Shown here piece by piece: positions 24,901-34,325 of a stretch of 64,000 bases of DNA. Every line of letters starts with the position of its first letter. The stretch's first letter is position 1. Below the pieces are notes generated by a model. It had not been told where the DNA came from. It ran no database searches and saw only the letters and a program-made list of their open reading frames with translations. A program made the translations under genes and the position numbers. The DNA comes from Malacoraja senta (taxonomy: Eukaryota): NCBI GenBank assembly GCA_038087875.1, contig CM075990.1:5210001-5274000 (forward strand), given 5' to 3'.

Positions 24901-25000
24901 CATCCTCCACTATCCCATTCGACACCCCACCCCCCTTATTCAGTTTAAAACCACCCGTGTAGCAGTGGCAAACCTGCCTGCCAGAATGCTGGTCCCACAC
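21908..25000 (-). CDS. CR1 ORF2: APE endonuclease-reverse transcriptase (uninterrupted frame)
   Basis: NARS, GITETW, GDFN and SDH endonuclease motifs; [18 protein letters not shown] and FADD RT motifs; the true start is probably downstream of 25000. Confidence 0.93.
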   Translation of the reverse strand: MWDQHSGRQVCHCYTGGFKLNKGGGVSNGIVEDGVKGKGFLKCVSVETEGCKMRVEAIGSKVKSKSGRQTKPGQKSKRATFQHNCIRGKSVVKTSLKALCLNARSIRNKVDELNVQIAINDYDIVGITETWLQGDQGWELNIQGYSIFRRDREKGKGGGVALLIREEINAMERKDISLEDVESVWVELRNTKGQKTLVGVVYRPPNSSSEVGDGIKQEIRNACDKGKTVIMGDFNLYIDWVNQIGRGAEEEDFLECMRDSYLNQHVEEPTREQAILDWVLSNEEGLVSSLVVRAPLGKSDHNMVEFFIRMESDIVNSKTMVLNLKKGNFEGMRRELAKIDWQLILKVLTVDMQWKTFKDCMDEPQKLFIPVWQKNKSGKVVHPWITREIRDGIKAKDDAYKLARKSSIPEDWEKFRDQQRRTKGLIRKGNIDYERKLAGNIKTDCKSFYRYVKRKRLVKTNVGPLQSETGELIMGNKDMADQLNNYFGSVFTKEDINNLPEIAGDRGSKELEELSEIQVSREVVLGKLNGLKADKSPGPDRLHPRVLKEVAPEIVDALVIIFQNSLDSGVVPEDWRVANVTPLFKKGGREKTGNYRPVSLTSVVGKLLESVIKDGIAAHLESGKIIGQSQHGFTKGKSCLTNLIEFFEDVTSSVDRGEPVDVVYLDFQKAFNKVPHKRLVYKLKAHGIGGSVLMWIENWLANRKQRVGVNGSFSQWQPVTSGVPQGSVLGPQLFTIYINDLDEGIEGNISKFADDTKLGGSVSCEEDARRLQGDLDRLGEWENVWQMQYNVDKCEVIHFGGKNRKANYYLNGGRLGKGEMQRDLGVMVHQSLKVGMQVQQAVKKANGMLAFIAKGFEYRSREVLLQLYRVLVRPHLEYCVQFWSPNLRKDIIAIEGVQRRFTRLIPGMSGLAYEERLDRLGLYSLEFRRLRGDLIETYKILKELDRLDAGRLLPMLGKSMTRCHSLRIRGKSFKTEMRRTFFTQRVVNLWNSLPQRVVEASSLAIFKRELDVALVAKGIRGYGEKAGTGY

Positions 25001-25623
25001 CTGTTAAGATGCAATCCGTCCCTTTTGTACAGTTCCCCCTTACCCCAAAACAGATCCCAGTGATCTAAGAATCTAAATCCCTTCCCCGTGCACCAGTTCC
25101 TCAGCCACACGTTCAGGTCCCCTATCTCCCTGTTCCTGCTCTCGCCAGCACGAGGAACTGGAAGCAAACCGGAGATAACAACCCTGGAGGTCCTGCTTTT
25201 CAGCATTTTTCCGAGCTCTCTAAAGTCACGCTGCAGAATATTCATCCCCTTCTTTCCGACATCGTTTGTGCCGACATGCACTACCACTTCCGGATGTTCA
25301 CCTTCGCCCTTGAGGATTTTCTGCACGCTGTCCGTGACATCCTGGATCCTGGCACCAGGAAGGCAGCACACCATCCTCGCATCCCGTCTGTTGCCGCAGA
25401 AACCCCTGTCCGTACCTCTCACAATGGAGTCTCCCACTACAATGGCATTGCCTGCCTTAGGCCTTTTTGGTTTTGGCTCAAGAGCCCTATTCGCATCGCA
25501 AGCCAGTCCGCCGCTCAGTGTAAACACGTCTTCTGTCCCAACAGCTTCTAAGCGGGTGAACCTGTTCACAAGACGTACAACACACGGGGACGTTGGCATT
25601 ACATGCTTCCCTCCCTTTCTCAC
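24940..25623 (-). CDS. CR1 ORF1 C-terminal SGNH/GDSL esterase domain
   Basis: VVGDSIVRG, PGA, VHVGTND and DGLHLN blocks of the SGNH hydrolase fold known from CR1/L2 ORF1. Confidence 0.88.
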   Translation of the reverse strand: MRKGGKHVMPTSPCVVRLVNRFTRLEAVGTEDVFTLSGGLACDANRALEPKPKRPKAGNAIVVGDSIVRGTDRGFCGNRRDARMVCCLPGARIQDVTDSVQKILKGEGEHPEVVVHVGTNDVGKKGMNILQRDFRELGKMLKSRTSRVVISGLLPVPRAGESRNREIGDLNVWLRNWCTGKGFRFLDHWDLFWGKGELYKRDGLHLNRCGTSILAGRFATATRVVLN

Positions 25624-27556
25624 CGTCTCCCACCTTCTCTCTTCCAGTACCTTAGGCAGGGATGGGATACTGAGTTGGATGATCAGCCATGATCATATCG
25701 AATGGCGGTGCAGGCTCGAAGGGCCGAATGGCCTACTCCTGCACCTATTTTCTATGTTTCTATGTTTCTATGTCTCCTCCCCTTCCTCAGCCCTCGGGCT
25801 GTCTCCTCCCATCCCTCAGCCCTCGGGCTGTCTCCTCCCATCCCTCAGCCCTCGGGCTCCTCCTCCGCCTTTTTCCTTTCTTCTCCCCACCCCCCAACAG
25901 TCTGAAGAAGGGTTTCGGCCCAAAACGTTGCCTATTTCCTTCACTCCATAGGTGAAACCCGCTGAGTTTCTCCAGTATTTTTGTGTACCTTCGATTTTCC
26001 AGCATTTGCAGTTTCTTCTTAAAGGTTTACTGCTGAATGTACACCATTTGGAAATTAAGAAGTCGGTTAAGTAAGATTATAGATCACAATATTATTTTAG
26101 CCTGAAGGCAGGCAGCATCTCTGGAGAGAAGGAATGGGTGACGTTTCGGGTCGAGACCCTTCTTCAGGTTTTATTTGAGCCTACTCCCCCTTAAAGTGGA
26201 TGGGGTTTCTAAACATTCAGCTGCTCATAATCCTTGCTATTAATTTGTTTTCAATGAAACTAGCTGGAAGTATTAATAAAAACACATTGTTCTTCCAACG
26301 GAGGAAGAGACGCCTGTAAGTGACTGTGGTTGACCAGCATGTTCCAAGTGCAGGTGTAATCATGTGAAGGAACGCACTGTGCCTTAAGATAGACTCAAAA
26401 AGTTGGAGTAACTCGGCGGGACAGGCAGCATCTCTGGAGAGAAGGAATGGGTGACATTTCCAGTTCAAGACCTTTTCAGACAATCTGAAGAAGGGTCTCG
26501 ACCCGAACCTCCATCCATTCCTTCTCTCCAGAGATGCTGCTTGTCCCGCTGAGTTACTCCAGCATTTTGTGTCTACTTGCTTAGCATATTATCTGTTTGA
26601 ATAAGGTCTCGCCCCCTTTCCTCTGAACTCAAGAAGTACACGTTCAAATCACGAAGTATCTCTAGGTGGGATAACCTCCTTATCCCTGGACTTACCCTGG
26701 TGTCTATCTTTGCTTTAAACCGGCATCTGCAGTTCCTTCCTACACTGACCCTTAATGCAGCCACCACCAGCGGTCTGTGGGGAAAGCCCTCCCTCTCATT
26801 CCACTGGGCACTGAGGAGTGGGGCTCCGTGTAAATGCCTCTCAAGCTCTTCACAGATGCATGGCTTAAGGAGGAAACATAAACAACGTTGACGCATTCTA
26901 AGACAACACACTGAATTGATGTTACAAACAGAGAGAAAGTCACGTCCCAAACAGCATATTATGAATAAAGTATATTTCTGAAAAAATACACAGAAAATGC
27001 AAAAGTAAAAGCTAAAAGAAGTTTCCAAATATATCATTTATATTTCAACATATTACCTTTGTGTGATAATATAGAACTAGTGTGAACTGGTGATTGATGG
27101 TCGACGTGGTGGGCCACTGCACCTGATTCCAAGCTGTAATTTTCAATTCATTTCAATTCAATTCAACTGGATCTGTTCCCTTTTGCTGGTCAGGATGCTT
27201 TTATACAATGGCCTTTGGAGTAGCTGAAATGTGACAATGGAAAGTCGCTGACCATTAGTGAAAGAGAACACAGATGATCACGTGGGCCAATTTGGGATTG
27301 CTCCTTCACTTTGGTGAGGCTACCAGGAAAAGTGGCAGCGTTGAGACCACGAGTTCTGTCGTTCTGACCGATGGCAATGTTTTATGTGCCATGGAACCGC
27401 AGACACCACCACAATCCAGCCAATTTCATTGAATAAGAAACTTACGGTAGCTTTGATATTAATCACTATTTCCTCCCATGGGGTGTGGAGCGTTAGATTG
27501 TTTATCCATGAATGTTTCGTGTCAGTGGTGTGGCTGGTGTGAACAATTACGTGTTA

Positions 27557-28570
27557 CCTGTGACTAGCGGTGTGCCTCAGGGTTCAGGGCTGGGCCCATT
27601 GCTGCTTGTCATCTGTATGAACGATTTGGATGAGAATGTACAGGGCATGATTAGTAACTCTGCACATGACACAAATGTGGGTGGTATTGTAGACGGTTGT
27701 CAAAAATCTGCAGCAGGATCTTGATCGCTTGGGCAGTTGGGCTGAGGAATGGTTGATGGAGTTTAATACAGAAGAGAGAGGTGTTGTATTTTGGAAAGTC
27801 TAATTCAGGCAAGATCTACACAGTAAATGGCAGGTCACTGGGAGCATTGTGGAGCAGAGGGATCTGGGAGTATAGGCACATAGTTCCTACAAGCTGGTGT
27901 CACAAGTAGATAGGGTGGTCAATAAGGCACATTGGCCTTCATCAATCAGAGTAGTTTACTTTAGTTTAATTTAGAGATGCAGCACGGAAACAGGCCCTTC
28001 GGCCCACCAAGACCGCACCAACCAGTGATCCCCGCACATTAACACTACCCTACACTCACTAGGGACAATTTTACATTCATACCGAGTCAATTAACCTACA
28101 AACCTGTGCGTCTTTGGAGTGTGGGAGGAAACCGAAGATCTCGGAGAAAACCCACGCAGGTCACGGGGAGAACGTACAAACTCTGTACAGCCAGCACCCG
28201 TAGTCGGGATCGAACCCGGGTCTCCGACGCTGTAAGCACCGTAAGGCAGCAACTTTACCAATGCGCCACCTACATTAAGTATTGGGTGTAGAAGTTGGGA
28301 GGTCAGGTTACAGTTGCACAAGACATATTGGTGAGGCCACATTTAGAATATTGTGTTCAGTTTTGGTCACCCTGTCATAGGAAAGATGTTGTTAAGCTGG
28401 AAAGGGCGCAGAAATGATTTATGAAAATGTTGCTAGCACTCGAGGGCCTGTGCTAGAAGGGAGAGGTTGAGCAGGCTGGGACTTTATTCCTTGCAGTACA
28501 GGAGGATGAGGGGTAATCTTATAGAGGTATACAAGATCATGAGTGGAAGAGATGGGATAACTGCGCAGTG
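27557..28570 (+). mobile_element. Degraded CR1 RT fragment with HE1 SINE (27960-28270, minus) inserted
   Basis: [15 protein letters not shown] motif; frameshifts; a full SINE in opposite orientation. Confidence 0.85.
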
Positions 28571-30585
28571 GCTCATCAAACACTGATTTTGTTTATGTCA
28601 GTGGTTCTAGACCTTTCAGTATTATCAGTAAAATGTGCTGGAGCTTTGAAAACAATTTATTCGTATCTTGCACCTGGCAAAATCACAAAAATACAATCGC
28701 AAACAAAAAAATAATTTCCAGATGCAGAAATTTAATTTCTTTACTTTGAATCGAAGCACATTCTTTACTTGGCACAGACCCCATATTTTGCCAAGCCCAA
28801 CCCTTTTATTAAGTAAATAGAAACTTTACTCCACGAGATGATTTTGTGTGTATGACACTGCGTTTGAAGCTGCCCCAAGATTAAACAGGAGCTGTGGTGA
28901 TTGCTGTTCACTGAAATGTCCGACTTGATGCAAAGCAGTTTACACACTTAAATGTACAATATTATGACCATAAGTGAAGGTTACAGACGGTTTTTGCACA
29001 GGTCCTGCATATATTTATTATATTTTTAGTTGTTACTAAAAATAGTTCAGGGCACCTCTCAAGTTGTGGTTTCAAGGTTCCTTATAAGAAGAAAGGAAAG
29101 ATTAAGTTATTTTAGGTTTGCCAAGCACTTTGGTACAAAGTCATTCACATAGAAGCACGTGCAAAAACAGTGGGGCGGCAAGTGTTAGGTCATTATTCCA
29201 CTCTATCAACATTTGTTGTGCAAGTGTCTAGGTTTTGCAAAATGTTTGCATTCAAAAACGTGTCATCTGATCTTCCCCTCCCAGTGTTTGGGTCACAAGG
29301 TTGGCCAGAGACTGACTGGAAGAGGATGGACTTTAGAGTCCATATATTTAGGAGGTAGGAGCAGGGAGCAACCCGCAACTGGATCCGTGATGACGTTAGA
29401 ATGGTGCATCAGGGGTCGGCAAGGTGCCGGTTGATAACAGCATTGTACACTAGAGATCACAGGGCGGGTGGTGAAGATGGAATTCTGCGTTTGGGAAAGG
29501 GGCTGAAGAACGATTGTTTCCTTCAAGTATTTTTGGGGGGGGGGGTTAAGGGGGAGAGGGGAAGGATACAAGAAAATAGGGGAAGGAGCAGGTCATCTAT
29601 CGCAGTCGCTGCCTCAAAAAGGCTGCCAACATCATCAAGGACCCACACCATCCCGGCCACACACTCATCTCTCGGCTGCCATCAGGTAGAAGGTACAGGA
29701 GCCTGAAATCTGGTCCATCCAGGTTCAGGAACAGCTACTTCCCCACAGCCATCAGGCTATTAAACACAACATCAAACATACTCTGATCTATAACAGCCTA
29801 CTGCACTTTAACTGTTTATCTATGTGTATATATATATGGTCTATGGTATATAGACACACTGATCTGTTCTGTATTTACGCCTACAATATTCTGTTGTGCT
29901 GCAGCAAGCAAGAATTTCATTGTCCTATCTGGGACACATGAAAATAAAAACCTTCTCTCTCTCTCTCTCTCATCAGGCCCTTCAACCTTGTACCATCATT
30001 TAATATCTTCGTTGTATATCTATGTAATGATCCAGGTCAGGTCGGGGGGGGGGGGGGGGGAGTTCCCCCCGCCACGGGTACCATGTAATCCCGTGCAACC
30101 TGCTCCATGGTCAGATAGTCGGCGACTAAACCGTCTCCCCCGCCTGGTTTGCCAGGTGACGAGGGGGCTGTGGACCCCCGGCAGGACTAATAACAAGACC
30201 TGTCAAAAGGCGGATGTGCTTCTAGTGAGCCAACGGCCATCCACACTTCAGTAGAAGTTGCGATCACTGTCGTACATAGCATTGTAAGGCACTGTGACCG
30301 TTGATAGTCTCCAATCTCCAGTCTGGCTCCAATCTCTTCTGTGCCACTTTTCCATACCCCTCTATTTATCACTCTATCAAATACTTGTCCACCTCCACTT
30401 TAAATAGCTCTCATGATCCAACTTCTCCCACCCATCAGGGCAAGCGATTGCAGAGATTTACTACCCTCTGTGAGGTAAACTCTACACAACGTACTCCAGT
30501 TTTAAATGGCCGGCCCTTGCATTGTAGCCATGTCCGATTGTTTATGACTCTCCCAACATCTACCCTGTCAAAGCCTGCTTAGCAT

Positions 30586-30815
30586 CTTGTGTAGGAAGGA
30601 ACTGCACATGCTGGTTTAAGCCAAAGATAGACACAAAACGCTGGAGTAACTCAGCGGGACAGGCAGCATCTCTGGAGAGAAGGAATGGGTGATGTTTCGG
30701 GTCGAGACCCTTCTTCCAGTCTGAAGAAGGGTGTCGAACCGAAACGTCACCCATCCCTTATCTCCAGAGATGCTGCCTGTCCCGCTGAGTTACTCCAGCG
30801 TTTTGTGTCTATCTT
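30586..30815. mobile_element. Palindromic Penelope-derived hammerhead element (second family)
   Basis: Inverted arms ~30624-30716 and ~30720-30815; 11-bp TSD CTGCTTAGCAT (30575-30585, 30816-30826). Confidence 0.88.
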
Positions 30816-31632
30816 CTGCTTAGCATATTATCTGTTTGAATAAGGTCTCCCCTCCTTTCTTCTAAACTCAAGAAGTACACGTTCAAATCACAAAGTCTCT
30901 CTTGGTGGGATAGCCTCCTTATCCCTGGACTTAGCCTGGTGAATGTCCTTAGTATTGCCTCAAATATTTCTACAGTATATCTATTTTTAGGTAAGGGGAG
31001 CAAAGTTGTAAGCAGTGTTCCAGGCGAGGCCTCAGCTACACTCCGCACAATTGCAACAACACCTCCCTATTTTTAATCTCCAATCCCTTTGCAACAAAGG
31101 CCAGAATACTGTTTACCTTCTTAATCACTTGTTGGAAGGACTGGAACCACTTGGGAGATTGCTAGGTTGTGTTGGTGGTTGGGAAAGGGCTGCAGAACAG
31201 GGTGGCTGGAGAGTATGGGAATTGGTTTGTCCAGTACGGGACCGCCCTTGTCCCGTATTTGACTGCTACTACCCAGATCGCCGCATCCGGCCCCGCCTCA
31301 CCCGTCCCGACATAGGGCGAGGCAGCAGCAGCGCCTCGCCCGTGGCCCCGTCGGTCGGCAGCCCGGGCAGCTTTCCGGACTTCAGACCTTCGTTTAACGC
31401 CGACACCACCACCCCTCCTTCTCATGGCTGATCATCGGTTCATGAGTTGGATGGGGTGCTGGACTTTGCAAGCGACATCGCCCGGGCCAAAACTCTGCAG
31501 CTGGCCCACCGGCTGGGCTTTGTGTGCTGTCCAGCACCCGGGCCAACTCATCATTCACCCAGCCACGGCTAAGTCGGTCAACGAATTGCCGTCGGGAATT
31601 TGTCCTGTATTTTGACCTTTTGTCTCTTATTT

Positions 31633-31936
31633 ACTTACTTACTGCCTATTATGCCTCCTGGCATGTAGGGCAGCAACAAAGGTCCTCCACTCAGTAGTGT
31701 TGATTCCTTCAGTTGCTGTTTCGGTAACATATTTGTTTTACGAGACAGGGTTGTTAGCCCTGTGCTCAACCTCCAACCTGGAGGACCAGTGGATCGCTCT
31801 TCGTCTCGCCTCTACCCTTCGACCTGTCCAGCATGGGAGACCCTAACAGGAGACGAATCTCCCGCTGGCATAGCTCTAGGGGTCACTGAGACACACAAGC
31901 TCCCCGACCACGACAAGGTTGCAATCCAACGGGGAG
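31633..31936 (-). mobile_element. RTE-derived bipartite SINE, full length
   Basis: 13-bp TSD TTGTC(T/C)CTTATTT (31620-31632, 31937-31949); RTE-like 5' UTR head ACCTTGTCGTGGT; (TAAG)n tail. Confidence 0.85.
31790..31936 (-). ncRNA. Predicted HDV-like ribozyme with extended P4
   Basis: P1 CUCCCCG/CGGGGAG, P2 UGGAUUGC/GCGAUCCA, P3 ACC/GGU, L3 UUGUCGU, J4/2 CGAA (candidate catalytic C at 31803). Confidence 0.7.
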
Positions 31937-34325
31937 TTGTCCCTTATTTGGGAGTGAGAAAGTTGGCAACCCTACCGGAGAGGGTGCTGGTAGTTGGGAG
32001 CGCCAGGGCCTGTGATCGGGGAACACAGGGTTGATGGCACACAAGGAATGAAGGATTACGCTTGGAATGTTTTCTCTGGAACGCCGAAGTTTGCGATAAG
32101 ATCTGATAGAAAAATACAAAACTATGAGAGGCATAGATAGGGTAGACAGTCAAAATCTTTTTTACCCCAGGATGTAAAAATCAAGTACTGGAGGGTATTG
32201 CTTTAAGGTGAGAGGGGCAAAGTTTAAAGGAGATGTGTGGGGCATGTGTTTTTTTACACAGAGGTGATCAGTGCCTGGGAGGTGTTGCTTCAAGCACTTA
32301 GTGGCATTTATAAGACTTTTGGATATGCACATGGATATGCAGAGAATGGAGGGATATGGGTTATGTGCAGGTAGATAAGTGATGGGATTGGCATCATGTC
32401 TGGCACAGCCATTGTGGGCCGAAGGGCCTGTTCTTGTGCTGCACTGTTGTATGTTCTAAAGTTCTCCCACCCAGCCTACAGGTGCTTCTGGCCAGTGCTT
32501 AGAAATTTGTTGATGGCTCTGAACAATTTCTAAGCCTTGGGCCTTTGGAATAAACCGAACAATCACTGCAAGGACAGGGATGGGGCCATTGGATCGGTAT
32601 TTCCAGCAGCAGGCCAGGCACAGATGACTGAGTGGATTTCTCTCTTTCCCTGCGATTTCATGAAGGGAATTTTTCTCGTTTCATGCTTCTTTGCAGTCCT
32701 GCAACGTACAGAGTACAATGGTTAGTTGTTTATATTACAGGCTCCCAAGCCTAAAGGCAAAATACTGTGATGAAAACAGTAGGTAGAAACCGCTGTTGGT
32801 GAAGTGCTCATGTGACCACCACTGTCGTATCCAAACAAGCTTCTTCCGCTCTTTAATGAGGATATTTTTTAATGAGATACCTGCTAACATAAACTGGTGG
32901 CCTGAAAACAAGTTGCGGCAGGGTGGAATATTGTCTTAATCCAGAGGTTAAACAAGCTATGATTTTATTCCTTAGAGCGCAGGAGGATGAGGGGTGATCT
33001 TAGAGAGTAAGTCTTATAAGACTATTTCTATTAAGAGAGAGTTAGATAGAGCTCTAGGGGCTAGTGGAGTCAAGGGATATGGGGAGAAGGCAGGCACGGG
33101 TTATTGATAGGGGACGATTAGCCATGATCGCAATGAATGGCGGTGCTGGCTCGAAGGGCCGAATGGCCTCCTCCTGCACCTATTTTCTATGTTTCTATGT
33201 TTCTAAGACCATGTCAAGAATAGATAGAGTGAATGCACAGAGCCTCTTGTCTTGAGTAGGGGAATCAAGAACCAGAGGGCATAGGCTTAAGGTGAGGGGG
33301 GAAAGAGTTAATAGGAACCTGAGGGGCAACTTTTTTTTACAGAAAGGATGGTAGGTATATGTATTGAGCTGCCGGAGGAAGTAGTTGAGGCAGGTACTTT
33401 CACAACGTTTAAGAAACAATTAGACATGTACATGGATGGGATAGGTTTAGAGGGATATGGGCCAAATGCAGGCAGGTGGGACTAGTGGAGATAGGTACTG
33501 TTATGGATGTTGGTTGGAGTGGGAAAGTTGGGCCGAAGGGTTCGTTTCCAAGCTGAACGAATAAATGACTCTATTACAGAGAATGGCAATATTACACTTG
33601 TTTCTACATGTCTTAGAGCCAGGAAATTATTTTCCCGACTTTTCAAAGGGGATTTATATTTATTATAGCACCTTTCACAGGCATATGGCCCCTCCGAATA
33701 ATATCAATAGCAGTGCGTGAACCACAGTTCATCTCCGGCACTCTGACTGAAACCTTTGCCCTCACTGAGATCTGTGATCAAATGTATCCACACACTTTTA
33801 TTTAGTTTAGTTTAGATTAGTGATACAGCATGAAAACAGTCCCTTCGGCCCACCGAGTCCGCGCCGACCAGCGATCACCTGTACACTAGTTTTATCCTAC
33901 ACACTAGGAACAATTTACAGAAGCCAATTAATCTACAAACCTGCCATCTTTGGAATGTTGGAGGAAACCGGAGCTCCCGGAGAAACCCCACGGCATCACA
34001 GGGAGAACGTACAAATCAGTACAGGCAGGATGGTGGGTGTAGTCCGGATCACCTCTTATCTATGTGCTTTGCTCGAGGCAAGATGGTGGCCACTCTCAGT
34101 GTCCCAACCACAGGATTATTCCAGGAACTGCTGTTGACTCACCCACACTTCACACTCAAGGGGAGACTCCATCAACTTTTCCTTCAGCCATGTGGAGTTT
34201 TATGAACAACACTAAAATTAATGCCAAGAAACTGCTGCAAAGTATTTCCCCGGCCTGTGTTACTGTAAACAAAAATAGTAGATGGTTTAATTTGATATTG
34301 CTGCACTCCAGGTTGAAACCTCCAG

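Larger units (their letters stand above)
21806..25653 (-). mobile_element. CR1 LINE, 3.85 kb, truncated within ORF1
   Basis: ORF1 esterase plus complete ORF2 plus (TTTCTATG)n tail. Confidence 0.96.
21132..26021 (+). mobile_element. Penelope-like element (GIY-YIG end plus hammerhead terminal repeat), split by CR1 insertions
   Basis: NLIYCIRCSRCQLIYIGETKRRLGDRFAEHLRSV GIY-YIG motif at 21422-21718; hammerhead core at ~25900; inverted 5' pieces; 14-bp TSD AAGGTTTACTGCTG (21118-21131, 26022-26035). Confidence 0.9.
31225..31974. mobile_element. Truncated DNA-transposon-like element (hAT-like terminus)
   Basis: Ends in AGTTGGCAACCCTA (TAGGGTTGCCAACT-type TIR) with repeated TGTCCYKTATTT subterminal motifs; the other TIR was not found. 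Confidence 0.5.

Noticed and set aside
30030..30300. Another HDV-like ribozyme (TGCAACC...GGT, GACTAA)
   Set aside because: Local hairpins exist but P1 and P2 could not be paired consistently; left as an unclassified repeat-like segment.
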